Assembly (NCBI GenBank): GCA_051362555.1 | Contig: CM120646.1 | Coordinates: 6,696,001-6,760,000 of the forward strand | DNA length: 64,000 bases | From: Lingula anatina | Lineage: Eukaryota > Animalia > Brachiopoda | Reading direction: 5' to 3' | Shown: piece after piece, positions 13,915 through 28,060 of the stretch | How the letters are laid out: the number at the start of each line of letters is the position of its first letter | Position numbering within the stretch: position 1 is the stretch's first letter | The notes under the pieces: generated by a model | What the model was told of the DNA's origin: nothing | Seen by the model: the letters and a program-made list of their open reading frames with translations, nothing else | Database searches by the model: none | Translations under genes and position numbers: made by a program

Positions 13915-15240
13915 TATTGTTACTTTTTTGGTGATTTATTTAGAGGAATACCAATAAATATTATTAGGGTACATATATCAGGAAGGGGTTTTATCATTTC
14001 ATTATTTTATAGTAAGACTTCAATATTTAGAGCAGATCTGGAACATGCATCTTTGCTTGACATGCAGTTCAAAAGACCGTCCATATACGATTAGAAAAAC
14101 GCAAATACTTACAAAGTTGATAAGTATCTTTCTTGTTTTAGGAGTTATTGTTAGTGTATTTTCTGCGACCTGAACCCTCAGTAACACATTTACTGTTTAA
14201 CATATGTTTATTTTATTATTTATTTTTTTAAATGTTATTTTCAGTACATTTTCTTACCACCCGAATGGCATTGTTTATACTGTCTTTCGGTAGCTATATC
14301 ATTTATGTATTTTATTTTGCTGAATTGCGGTATATTTTATACTATGTATCATAATTGACTCTACTGTATGAAATGTTTCTAAATAGATTTTGCCATGGAT
14401 TCTATGGTCGTAGTAAGATATTCCTTGTAACCTTTTTATTATGGAGGTGACCTTAATAATACTTTGATGAAGGTACAAACAGAATTTCCTCTGCCCTTTT
14501 TATTTTAATTAAACGTGTACATGCATCTATCTTTCCGTTATGTCAAATATTTCATAAGACAAGGTGGTTTAAATATTTCAGCTTAGGTTAGCTAATTGAT
14601 TTTAAAATACATTTTAGTCTTAATATCGAGTAGCTTAATGTTTCAGAATTGATCTAATGAGGCTCGAGTAAAATCTCACGGATCTGCAACGCAAAATATC
14701 CCCTATTTTAGAAAGCTGCTGGTTTGCCCTTATCCAACGTACAACATTAACTGCGTTTCAGTCGGTTGTTTTATTCTATTATTCACGCGTACTACCGGGC
14801 CTTTGTTTTTCAGTTCTTTCATTGAGGCAGCCGATAACTGAATGAGCTTTTTTTTTCAATCTCGAAGTTCACATTCATTCATATCTGTGCATGTAAAACA
14901 CGTTTGTATGCGGGTTTGAGGGAAACTGGGAATTTTGTTTTTCTGTTACAGACTACTAGTACTGTAAACTACACGATTCGTTACATGTTGCAATAAGCAA
15001 AAAATACTCAAAAAAAAAAAAAAAAAAGAATAATCGTTAGTCAGTAATGAACAGAATACTCGTGAAAATGGCTAAACTTATTTTAAGTTTTTTTTTTCAT
15101 TTTTTATATGTTTTTAACATCAGCAAACGTGACCAACGGGTAGTGATGCTACAGGATCACAAAAGAATATATAAGTTTATGTTTGTAACTGTATTCTTAT
15201 AATAGCAAACCATATAAATGTAGTTATTATGATTTGTGAT

Positions 15241-15340
15241 GAGAGAGACAGACAGACAGACAGACAGACAAACATACAATCACACACATACACGCACACA
15301 CTTTGAGAGAGAGAGAGAGAGTGAGAGAGAGAGAGAGAGA
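15241..15340. repeat. Compound (GA)n/(GACA)n/(CA)n repeat
   Basis: Read directly. Confidence 0.85.
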
Positions 15341-16810
15341 TTTTGTAGAATATAAGGCTCTTATCATCATAATGTTTATTTTTCTGACATCTTTGTAATA
15401 TTTGTCACTTAGACTGATATGGGTACTTCTAATGCCAAAGGACCGTATTGTTGCATGGTTTGGGAGTTGGTGCAGTATCACTTGATCATTATGCAATCAT
15501 TTCTGGTTCGAATTCTATGCAGCTGCTACAAAACTTGGGAATCACTCTATTCCCGTGCTTGATGTATTTCACAGGCGGCCATGTTTGACAGAAACTGTCA
15601 AATTTCGTGTTCTTCTATTTCTCACCCCGATTCGGAAAATTTCCCCCCGTCGGACGCTTGTTAAGTAGACGAAGATTTATGGTGGATTCGGATGTCACTG
15701 GGTACAGCTACCAGCGGAATTACCGATTAGAAAGTTGCATATTTAGATTCCAATTAAGTTATTTTAACTCATTAGCATTCGAAATGATTTCGAAACAGCA
15801 CACTGTGGGTAGTTAGTTAAAATCGTAGATTTGCCGTGGCTATGAAGCTAATGAAAAACGAATAACTATACAGAATGATATTAAGGTTAGAAGAACTAAC
15901 AGAAATGCGATAACGATAGGTTATTCTTGCTGCGATCATTATACAATAGATATAAAATCCTGACCCTGAAAATGATTACCGTCAAATCGCAATGGAGGCG
16001 AGGGGTAAAAATAGGTCACGGTTGTAAGTCATGTCCTGGGGGAAATTAACATGTTGATGAATGTTTCAGTAGGATTGAAACAGGGAGAGAGCGTTCCAAA
16101 TACAACCGAGGAACCCGTTGTTTATTGGGTCATAGATGCAATGCAGCCGTCAAACAGTGTACACCTACACGCACGGGTTCCTTGGTGAATGGATATTGGG
16201 GGCAGAGATTCAAACAAAAAAGTCTGTCTTAATTTTTCTGATAAGTTTGGTTAGAGATTTTTAGACGGTGAAAATGAGGCAATACACGCTATGTGCAAAA
16301 TTCCACAACTAAGTTGAGAATAGTAGAAGAGAAAACCTCCCATTAGAAGATTTTTAGGGGTGGGGGTGGGGGCAGTGCTGTTAGAGGCTGAAATTCACTC
16401 CATATTTTATAAGGTGCATGTGTATTTGAATATGAACATAAAAGTCAATTTATTCATCCTGACCATTTACAACATAATTGAGCCATATGCATTTTTTTCA
16501 CTCATGTTGGAAAATGATCTGCTCATAGCCCAGCGGCTATAAGCTCTTTCTACCCTTAGCTATAATTAGAAAGTAGGTCTCTCCTTCCACAAAGCATCTG
16601 AGGAATTGTTTCCAGTGCTTTTTTTTCGTTTCACTCCAATTACAAAATAAAAGCATCAGCTGCCGTAGTGAGTAAAGCGTTGACCGGATCATACCGTTCT
16701 CTGATAGCACCAAGTAATGGAATTCACCCGGGTACCACTAGAATCCTTCATGCCTCAATAATTTTGGTCTATTGATTGATAAAACTCGGGGTCAAACAAC
16801 ACCTTGTACC

Positions 16811-16841
<31 letters not shown>

Positions 16842-17718
16842 ATCTAGAACTACCCGAAGGCATTATCTGTGAATGATATTAGGACCGTTCTAAAACGTAA
16901 GCTAATGATCATATATTATTAAGGTAAAGAAAAAATATTCAACCTGCTTGGTTTGGGTCTCAATTACGTTACTAGATGACCACATTAACCATTGATTTAA
17001 AAATATTAAACCAAGCATCAGGTCACTTGATTATCGGAAATTAACTCGTTTAGAATTATTTATCCAGCGGAGAGCTACTGTACGTTGCAGAGGGCGTTTG
17101 GGGTATACTGACGTTTCACTGGGCACGGGCTACAAAATGAATGCTACTTCTAGGTCTAGAGTGCTGTCCCAGTATTAAGAAGAACTGAGTTGAAAGTTGG
17201 TCTGACATCAATGCTGTGCATGTAAGACTACATTGGCCCATAGAAAATATGTAGACTCCACTTAAATAATGAATGGTTAGTAAAAAAAATATGCCCCCCA
17301 GGTCCAACATATTCACATCAGAGGTCTGAAACTGATTCACCAAAGATCAAATTAAAAGGGGAAATATCAATTTTAAAGATGAGACTATATCCATCGCCTG
17401 CATATTTAAATATGGGAGTTTATTTTATGGCTAGGATGGTTCGTGCTTAAAACCCACATGGCAGTGAAAACCTTTGGCATCCAAGGTCAACGTATACAAG
17501 TATATTGTTGAGGGCGGCCTTTTCTGCCTATGGGACCCTTCACACCATGGCGATACACACGTAAAATATATTGATCTGTGATCCCATGCTTTTCTATCGG
17601 GTATTGAATCAAATTGGGATTCAAGTTTAATGTCGGAGACTACTTAAATTGGATCTTTGTTTTAACAGATCAACTTGTGTTGGTTAGAAATTTGAATGTA
17701 AGTTGTTGAATGTTGATG

Positions 17719-17720
<2 letters not shown>

Positions 17721-17758
<38 letters not shown>
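17721..17758. repeat. (CT)n microsatellite
   Basis: Read directly. Confidence 0.9.
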
Positions 17759-17761
<3 letters not shown>

Positions 17762-20376
17762 CAAAAGAAAACGTGCTGTTCCTCATTTATATATACATCA
17801 GTTAATGAAATGATAACTTCATTTTCGCAAAGAACTACACATCTGTCCATGTCAATGGTCCATATGAACACATGTCAACATAATGAACAATTTCCGTCAC
17901 GCAGCATTTAGAGAACGTAACCACGAAGTACAATCATAAGCCGTGAATTTAGAATTGGTGACTCTTGATCCCGATCTCTCCGATAGCATAAATTACACAA
18001 TGCTGAACATCAGATATGCATCAGCTCAGGTTATTTATTATGTGAGACACGGGAGCTGACCGCTGGCACCGCAAGATGGTCCACCAGATAGGGGCCTCGT
18101 ACTAGTGACCAATGGCATTATCTGTGCTCGTGTTCTAGATTCTCAAGCGAGACGACTTGGGTTATGACTCAGTGACGTCTTCATCAGGGTTTTAAGGGCG
18201 TTGGTTGTTTCTGAGGGGTGGGTAAATTGACGGTGGTGGTGGGGGGGGGGGTCAGGGTCTCTCCTTCCAAATATTGAAAAAGTATTTATTTATTTATTTA
18301 TTTGCATGAATGATGCATGCTTACATATACGTTTTTATGATTCTCTTGCTTTTTGAATCTCTCCTATCGTGGTCATGCGGAAAAATAATTTTAATAATAA
18401 TAATAATTTATTGAGCACTGAAATGTTTTTTTACATTTAGAGGCTCTCTATCTACTATATATTATACATATGGAAAGATAGTAATGATAGTAAGTAAATG
18501 AAAGAGAGACAAAAATTATACTTATATAATGTTACACAATATACATTCTCTCTCTAATTGCTATTCGGTAATATATTTGGTTGACATCTTGATCTTAATG
18601 ATCGTGACGATTGTTGGGCCCAAAAGAGATACGAAAACGTAGAAAAAAATCACTTGTGTATTTAAGCTAAGTTTAACATCGCCATAGACAAGGCATGTGT
18701 ATACACAAGGTTGTATGTTTATAAAGTAATGATAAATAAAATGCACACCTTGGTATTGTACTAGTTATAAGCGGTATATTTAATGCATTAAGGGTCGGGG
18801 AGTCGATGTATATATACTAAAATAAATATATTATATATCAATGACCAATCATATCAAGTGATGCAGTTTGTTTTGTGAATTCTGCCAATTAGAATGCAGC
18901 TCTTGGACTAGTTTCCAAATTATTGATCAACTCGAGTCATGTTTTAATGTGTATTTTTAATGTGTACTTAAAATAATCCTGACAAAGACTTAGACATACA
19001 CAAAAACAGTAATAGTATACACTGTATGTGCCATGCAGGTAAAGCAGAGATCCAATTTAAATTCAGAATGCAAACAATTATGAATATAAAGATTAATGAT
19101 TTGTGACTACGTGTAGGCATTTTTAAATGCTATAAAACTTCATATGGTATTTGCCATATGATTACTTCGACACTAGCGGTTCTTGTATAAAATATAAACG
19201 GTAATCCCATTCTGTGTCACATGTAGGATTGTTCACGTACATGTTTAAGTATATCGTAAGCTATATCATGTATAATGGTTATTAAAAAGAAAGGTTGTGT
19301 GTAATGTATCATTTGATTCACTTATTAGAAGGTACATGTACAAGTAGGAATGCCGGCACGGCTGATGGTGGGATTAAGTGAGTAGGCCTATATCTGATCA
19401 TCTGATAATCTGAATAATTATAATACCCGCGAAAACATATAGCGAGGGCGGAACAATTATGGCTATGTAATAAAAGAACAGAAACAAACTTTGACTTGGA
19501 TGGCATTGTCACAGTTTGTTATGATGCCACAGCTATTCTTCATCGTTTGAATTTATAGTTTATCATTTAATGTGTTTAAGAAATATGGGCATATTTAGAT
19601 ATAGATAGAAAAGAGGGAAAGGAGAGTGAGCGAAGAAAAGAATAGTTAATGTGAAATTGACAAAATAGGACCCAGTAATAAACTTTCAAATGCTTGATGT
19701 GGGTACCCTAAGAACATAAATTATTGTTATCGTGTGATTTACATTGTCAAGTCACTGTCATTGTCAAGTACTTCCGGATCTTCTTGCTTCTACAGGTGCT
19801 CTTATTTTAAAGGATCCACTCCATAAGTACAGTGCTTGGCCCAACATAAAAAAAATGAGTATTACACGAGGTCTACAGTGAGTTTATTTTGAAATTCAAA
19901 GCACGGGGTGATAATATCATATTCCCTTTCACAAACAAATGTCTAACTCGTCCTGTGTGTACATATATATTCGCGAGGTACGGGTGGTAGCAAGAGGCGA
20001 CTTATTATCTCGCTCGTCAACATCAATATTTCGTGACAGAGTCAGTATTTCATTGTGTATGCTGGAGAGTGGGGCCACAGTGTAGACATTTATGATCGGC
20101 CCGCGGCTAAAATAATGTAAATTCTCGAAATTGTTGCATTTTATGGGCCACAGATTTATGCTCCAACGAACATCTGCTGTCAGGAGATTTCCTACGGATT
20201 TTTAAAGTACAGCCACTTTGTTAGGCAATATTATGGCATTTAAACTTAAGTGCTGAGAAAACTAAGAAAGTAATTGCTTAATGACATGGTGTTCTGGTTC
20301 GGGATACAACAGAATTATTCTTAGGACCCCACCCCCCATTTTCCCAGCTTAAAACTATCAGTGTAGTAGTACACGA

Positions 20377-20398
20377 CACACACACACACACACACACG

Positions 20399-20448
<50 letters not shown>
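20377..20448. repeat. Compound (CA)n(GA)n microsatellite
   Basis: Read directly. Confidence 0.9.
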
Positions 20449-20449
<1 letters not shown>

Positions 20450-21395
20450 GTATATAAAATGCAATGTCGTGTTTTAGTTTATAGTCGCAGCCTTTATATT
20501 TGCCCCGCTGCAGCCTTGGCACGTCGTCACTGAATATTACATGAGGTTGGTTTACCGAATATATGCATACAGCAGCTTGCTTGCGAGTTTTATGATCTAT
20601 TTGGCCAGTATGAAGGTATCCACAGTGTGAAGTAACAAAGCACCTGAACGTTGAACCGAATGTTTAATGATTCTAAAAATTTGCGGCAAATGGCACCTGG
20701 GTTTTAGCAAGGAGTTACCTTGGTTCTAGTGAAATAATCCCATCTTTGTTTGATAAACGTGCATCGTGATAGCTAACCAATATATCTTTGCAGACAGGCA
20801 AAATGTTAGGCCAACAAACAGACAGACGGACAGACAGGCAGACAGACAATCAAAAAGATGAACAGACGTAATCGAATATTGTACTTGTTCATCGCACTTA
20901 AGCAGACACTTTACGGGACTAGTACTGTATAATTGAAAACTTAAACAGGCTGTCTATTAAGTCTTTGTGTTATTTCAAATAAACAATTAACTTTTATCAG
21001 AACATTATTTGCCTGATAGCTGCAAACAAAGAAGGCGTCAGAGCATAAATTATGAACCCATTCAACAGTTTTAGTCCTCAAATATTAAAAACTGAAGCTG
21101 AGCAAAAATGTCACTTGATGCGGGTTGTGTACCAAAGGCTTTACTACGACAGCTAAGTTAATTGTTTGCACAGACAATTCGGGATTATTTATTCAACTGA
21201 GAATGGGAGATTTTAATATATTTGTAAAGAGCGTTATCATCTTTGGTTCAATACATTATGATAAGAAAAAATATCCCTCATAAAAAGGATATTGCTGTAA
21301 TTAGTCATAAACGTTGTTTCCTTCAATAAATGCTTGGGTGTAGCATTCACCTAACGTATGTCTACATGAGAATGACAAGACAGTTTGTTTTTGCG

Positions 21396-21670
21396 TAATG
21401 AATGAATAGGTGAATAAAGTAAATAAACACTAGGGTGAATAGATAAATAGACTAGCGAATGAATGAGCTAGTGCGTGAAATAATTGATAAAAAATTGTGG
21501 ACGTGTGAATGAATGAATGAATGAATGAATGAATAAACAAAAGAATGAATAAATGAGAGAGTGAATGTGTTAGTGGATGAACGAATGGGAAAGAGACTAA
21601 AGGGAGGAAGGCTCAACCAACTTATGAAAGGTGGATGAATGAATACTTGAGTGAAAGTTAATGAGTGAAA
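21396..21670. repeat. Degenerate (GAAT)n low-complexity region with a perfect core at about 21507-21533
   Basis: Repeated GAAT/GAGT/GGAT units. Confidence 0.75.
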
Positions 21671-23967
21671 AAGCAGGGAATTGATTTTTTGTACCAACGC
21701 ATGAATGCAAATTAAAAAGAAAAAAAAACTTGTCTGAATGAAAGTCTTACGACTGATATTGCAGATAATCATTCCGTAAGTACACCCTAGTGATACATAA
21801 CAACAACAAGTATGTGTGTCTGATTAAAGTATTCTTATAGCCATACTTTTGTTTAATACAATATCACATTTGATTGAACCACCGTCACTGCTGCGAAGAA
21901 TGCGGGATGCTTTGATGACATTTTGCACATTTGTTAATTTGTCAAATTAATTTCTTCTGTGTTGACCGGAGCAACGCATAAATATTCTTCAGAATCCTTT
22001 ACTTCATTAAATGTCCATTGTCTAGAAAAGCTGACTCATATTTTACATGATTTAAATATTTTTTCAGTATAAAGTTATGAAAGATTGAAAGAGCGAACGC
22101 GCGTTATTCTTTTTGTTCGATTTTAATTTTTTAAAAGGAATTGGTATATGCAGTAATAATATGACAAATGTCATATCCACCATTTAAGCAGGCAAATTAA
22201 GTAGGTTGTCAGTAAGTTTAGTCTCCTTTTTGAAAAGAAAAACATATTTTTTTTTTATATTTAGGAAAATCCCAGCCTCAGATATGCTGTCTTTGGCATT
22301 GGCTGACATTTATGATGATTATTATTATTATCATCATACCCAATTTTTTTTTTGAAAGAAAATCTTATCATCTACATATTGTAGTAATTGTTTTGATAAT
22401 AAACATACGATTTGCAAACGAGATCGACTAATACTAGAAGTAGGCAGTTTTCTAACAAATTTACTAGTTATTGTAAATTTACAGTTCTGTTTTTTTCTCA
22501 GCATATTGCTCGACCCACTTTCTGATCTCCTTCTCTAGAGAGAAGGGGCAAAAGTTCGCGATTGTTTTGCCTGCGGCACGCGTATTTTTGGGCATCGGTT
22601 CAAAAGTCAACCTTGGCGTCGATATCGCATAGTTGTTAGACATATCAAACAGCATTTTAAAACATTAAAGTATATGAAAGCGCGTTACGTTGTTTTATAT
22701 AAACTGCTCCTTTTACCAATTATATTTTCTTCCGATTTATAAAATTGTAGCAAAATAGGTAGATTAATCAATCTATTTCTTGTCTGCCCCTATTTGCTTC
22801 TTCCCGTTAGACTTCGCTTTCAACCTTTTCTTATTAAAAAAATCTTAAAAACTATCTTGAAATCGTGCGTTAAGGCTTCCGTTTTCTTATCATATATCGA
22901 TCGATCAGATGCGAGTCCGTACCTCTCTGAGCCAAGGTTAAGGCAACGTTACTTTAGTTACTTAACCCGTGCGCCTTACGCCGGATAGCACCGGTAAGTT
23001 TCACCAATATAGGGACACAGAGATCGACGACAAGGCAGACGGTTTCTTCCAGGGTCATGCTAATTAATTTAAAGCATGCAGCCTACTACGGCTGCGAATA
23101 TTGATTAGCGGTTCCATGCAAGGGGCAGCAGGATTCAAATTTAGCTGATGGAGCCTCTGTCGCTGTCTTATACTACTGTCCGGTTCCGCGTCGGTGGTGG
23201 CGTATCTGGTTTGAACCTCTTAGTGGAGAAAAAGTAGACGCGGTAACGCGTGGAAGAAATTGCGCAAAAAAAACCTGAGAAATTGGTGTTAATTTTATTT
23301 CCGCTGACATATCATGAATAAGTGGGTTTGCCTTTTTTTTCAATAAAATGATAATAAAATCAAAAGCAAACAGACTGTTATTATGGGCTAAATATGATAT
23401 GCCCACATGCCTATTACGAGATATGCAATTATTTCTAAGTGAAATCTTTTCTGCTTTTTTCCCTGTTAATCGTACATCGACTTAAAGCTGAGTTTTGTCA
23501 TCAGATTAATATATTGTGAACAGTGACCAATTTTAAATTTAATATCGAAACAATGATTGATAATTTAGCCAGGTACGGACATGACCGTCGAAAAGCAGCT
23601 AAAATTATTTGTGAGAGAACACGTACTGGTCTATCGTTACCAACATGTCACATTTTATTCCGACGACCTAAGGAAACTCTAGTTACCAAACGCCTGTACA
23701 AGGGGCTCCCCCATCGGTTTGGTCGTTATGCATGCAAGGAAGACCTCTTTTAGCAAGGGTCACATTTGAAAGGGACTGGAGAAATCCCTGGGGAAATGTC
23801 TATATACAAGGTATGCCGAGCTGCCCAGATGTGAAAAAGAAAATAGTTTATTTGCTCACTTGGTTTAGAGTTTTATATCGTGAAGATCCTGGTTTTTGTG
23901 TTGATGGTATATTTTTTATTAAAATAGTAGTAATTACAATAACAATAAAAACAAGAACAACAACGAC

Positions 23968-23978
23968 AATAATAATAA

Positions 23979-24059
<81 letters not shown>
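23968..24059. repeat. (AAT)n microsatellite
   Basis: Read directly; gives rise to spurious poly-Ile and poly-Tyr ORFs. Confidence 0.95.
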
Positions 24060-24968
24060 GTAAATGTTAATGTTATAATAATAAATGTTTCCTTGTTAAA
24101 TAAGAATTGGAGAAAACTTATACATTTGTTAAAGGAATGTGTACGATACATATTACCTTTCGCATTTAAAACAGTAACAAAAATAAGACAGTAGTGTTGT
24201 CTTAGTAAGTCGTGCTCTGCATAGAATGGGTGTGCTGTAGCCAAATAATGGTGATTACACGATAAAATTTTTGGAAAACATGAATGTATGCCTTTTGCTG
24301 TTTATAGAAATCGATAAACAATTCTTCTGAGGCATGACCCATAATACAAACAATCCCTTAACTATCAAAAATTATTTTTATTTTTCATATTTTTTCTCGA
24401 TATGGCATATTCAATATGATATAATTTTACAGTCTCTCCCAGTTATGCCAATGCACGCTTCTCTTTTCCATCAGTATTGACTTTGTTGTTCTATTTTGGT
24501 CACACAACCAGACGACCAAACTATACGCCGACTGCAAATCTGGAATCTGGTTTCAAAACACCGTTAATTAGATTTGTCTTGCGTGAACCCAGAAACCCCC
24601 AAATCACCTTGTGTTGGGAGATGCAAAGAAAATTTACTGGAAAATGTTTAGGTACAACAGGGAAAACTATTTTTCTGACAAGGTCGTTTATAATGCATAC
24701 AATATATAATATATGTATATAAGAAAAGGTACGCGGGCGGGTAAGGGGAGGGGTAAGAACTGGGCCGTTGACTTTCAACTCTGTCGGGAAAGGTGGAAAA
24801 GGAACCGCTATCGTATTTTAAACATGCTATTTTATCATTTCGATGCATCTGAGTGAGCTGAAAATAAATTTCTAAACATTCAGCTACATCACAAATGACT
24901 GACCACTACACAGAAAAAAGCCAGGATATCTCAAATCAATTATGTATCCAGCTCTCTCTTTCTCTGTC

Positions 24969-25024
<56 letters not shown>
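24969..25024. repeat. (AAT)n microsatellite
   Basis: Read directly. Confidence 0.95.
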
Positions 25025-25433
25025 CAAACAAAAAACACTTGAATACAACAAAAAAGTTATGGCACTATGTTGAAATATAAAAAGGAAACAAATACACGAT
25101 AAAATGATAAACACAAACAAACAGATGAATAAATAAATAAATAAATTAAATAAATACCTTGGTACATAGAGGTTAGATATTTTTAATAAACCGAAAGTAG
25201 AAAGCAAAGAAAACGGAACTTAATGCATCTTTGCAACTTAAAACCTTTTACAGTTTATCCAAAACAAACATTGTCTTACAACAACGTATGACGAGCTGTG
25301 TATTACCAACTGTTACGACATTTGGTCACTGACAGCAGATGCCGTAACAATATGTTTTTGAAAAGAAGGTGTTGGTCAAAAAGACATTCATGTCCTGATA
25401 TTAACGCCCATTCCAAACTTTTCAGTCCTGTAT

Positions 25434-25434
25434 C

Positions 25435-25486
<52 letters not shown>
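25434..25486. repeat. Poly-C plus (CT)n microsatellite
   Basis: Read directly. Confidence 0.9.
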
Positions 25487-25489
<3 letters not shown>

Positions 25490-27479
25490 AATGGGTAATT
25501 GGGATGTTGGTGCTTGTGTGTGTGTGCTTGAGAGAGAGGGAGAAAGAGAATTTTCTGAGTGGAGGAGGGACGAAATACCTTATAACACACATAACACAGA
25601 CACATTATCGCTAAAAGAAAGGTTAAGAATTCGTTTTTTTTTCTCTCTGTCACAACTAACCCCTATGGATAATCTTCAAGTTACAATAAACGGCCCTTGT
25701 GCAGCTTGTGGCGTGCCTACTGATTCTGTAAGCCGTCTGTTACTGGTAAAGGGTATCGGAACAGCAGTTGAAGGCGTTTCGCGAGCACGATGTTACAATA
25801 ATGCGAGTAGGGAGCGAGTTATGAGCTAAAGCTTCGACAGCTTGAATATTCTTCAGACACGCGAACCTGCATTTTAAAGGCCCGGTTGTGTGCCCTTGCG
25901 TCCTTGTATATCCCTCCTCTAGTGTGATTGACATGGTTAAGTAGCAATTCTCTGCTGCGAGCTACTTGTGGTGTAAAAAGGGGGGGGGAGGGTGCGAAGT
26001 TGTGAGCTGTGTTAATGCATTATTGGGCGGTTCAAATATTCAAATTGTAGAAAGGTCAGTGTGATGTATTTTAAATTCGTGTTCGGAGATATATGTTAGG
26101 GGAATAGGGATTATATACATACAAGTGCTCGTAATGTTTTGGACTCTCAGAACTCTCAGATCTTTTTAGACAGCGAAGATCAAGTGTCAGGTCGACACCC
26201 TGTGAATTGTTATGACAAGATATAAAAGTCCTATTTATTTAAACAAAATCATATTTTTTATTTCTACTTCATTGTATGATGACCAATATCTATATCGCGT
26301 CTTGTCGTCTGCTAGTCCTTGATTCTCCTTTACAAGCTTACATGAAACCATCAGTGAAAAATCACGGATTACATTTTGCTGTTGAATTTTTTTTCTTGCT
26401 GCAAAACCAATGCCCACTAAAAAGAGGACTCCGTGCTTTTAATGCCAGCGACCCTGCGTGTTTTCTCGTTTCTGCTGCATCGTCTGCTCTTGTCGTCTGC
26501 CGTTTTGGTGGGTTCACTTGGTAAAGGGAATTGATAGATGACGCCATGTCACGAACATGTCAACTGTTCTGAGCTTTTCCGCTGTGTTAGTTCCGCCTGG
26601 TTGGTCTGGCTGTGCTTGGATGGAGGAACATGTTGTTACTGATACTGCGGCAACATATTGGTTTAAGTTAGTGATGGGTTACACGCATGTGGGTCTACCT
26701 ACCACAACGTTGTTGCTGTGCACAAGTCTGCATTTCTTTATCTTTAAAGAGAGAGAGAGAGATTGAGAGAGAGCAGCCATAATCGTTTATCTGCACACAT
26801 GTACTATATAAAAACGCACCCATTCAAGCGCACATCGAATAGAGCATACAGCCTTTACTGTTCTCTAACTATATATCTCGAAACAAGATTAGCCTCATTA
26901 ACAGCGTGTATGTTTACCCTGTTAACTACATGTTGCACTTTGTTTGATAAAGAGCACTTCACTCTGTTTCAACTGGAGAAATTTCGTTGTATTAGCCTGT
27001 TGGACCAAGTTTAGCCTGTTGGACCGCTTGAATGCAATAGGAATGGATAGAAATGTGGCCCTTGGTTCTTATAATGTCGTGTGATGGGCTTTTATTTCTT
27101 ACAATTTTTGAAGTCAAGGCTTTTAAACTTTCTATATCAAATACTTAAGCTAATAGGTCTATGTTACTAGTATATGGTGTGTTTGTGTCGATTAAGGGGT
27201 GTGGACGGTTTCCGGGGGGGGGGGGGAGGGTGGAGGAAAACCGGACATAGTGCAGAAGAATATTTCTATAGGTCATATTTACCTAAAATGTCATTTTATT
27301 CCTTCTGATAACAGTTTACTGAGCAAATGCAACTGCATGCACTTAAATACAGACATATTATTGTTGATATGTTACTTTTGGAGCGTCTTTTCAAACTACA
27401 AACATTAGGTGGACATGTATTAAATGTGCGTTCAAATCAGTGATACATCCAAGACAGCACACGCGCTCAGAAATACGTG

Positions 27480-27492
27480 CACACACACATAC

Positions 27493-27525
<33 letters not shown>

Positions 27526-27619
27526 AAAACACACACACACGTATAGATACACAAACTTGTGCGTGCAGTCAGTTGCACGCACGCAAGTGAACATGCATAC
27601 CCTCTACCAAAACACACGT

Positions 27620-27661
<42 letters not shown>
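27480..27661. repeat. Two (CA)n tracts with a short spacer
   Basis: About 27480-27540 and 27621-27661. Confidence 0.9.
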
Positions 27662-27664
<3 letters not shown>

Positions 27665-28019
27665 TCAAACTGACGAATGTCTAAGTGATCAAGGCAGAGA
27701 AAAACCCTCTACTGCAGCGGATATCCACTAACCCAGTTCTTTCATCAAATAAGTAACCAGATTGTCAACATGTAACGTTAAGAGCGCTCTGACGTGACAC
27801 GCCAACTTTCAACGCTTCAACGAGGCCTTTATTGATGAGTGGACGCAATATTTTGCTGATCCGTAACGTGTTATTTTATTTTATCAGGCACAATGGAGTA
27901 GCTCATCGCTAGTCAAGCTCAGAATGTTTCCATGCTGTTGCGTGTTTCTTGATTTGTATTCCCCTTCAATGACATAACAAGGGTTTTGAGTTTCAAAACA
28001 CATATATCAGAACAGAAAC

Positions 28020-28023
<4 letters not shown>

Positions 28024-28060
<37 letters not shown>
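28024..28060. repeat. (GA)n microsatellite
   Basis: Read directly. Confidence 0.9.

Noticed and set aside
18069-18096. CTCF-like motifs (CCGCAAGATGGTCC, CCACCAGATAGGGG); also at about 3155
   Set aside because: Multiple mismatches in the core. A PWM scan or ChIP would be needed.
23732-24244. 112-aa and 123-aa ORFs with poly-Ile and poly-Tyr
   Set aside because: They are translations of an (AAT)n microsatellite. The same applies to the poly-LS, HT, ER and CV ORFs elsewhere.
26992-27025. 15-bp tandem duplication TTAGCCTGTTGGACC (similar small duplications at about 28305 and 34240-34300)
   Set aside because: Two-copy slippage duplications with no spacer array. Not CRISPR-like and no evidence of function.
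27555-27588. Hairpin ACTTGTGCGTGCA...TGCACGCACGCAAGT as a possible miRNA or Helitron end
   Set aside because: Too short for a pre-miRNA and embedded in CA/GT low-complexity sequence. The known Hox miRNAs (miR-10, miR-993) lie elsewhere in the cluster and were not recognised here.
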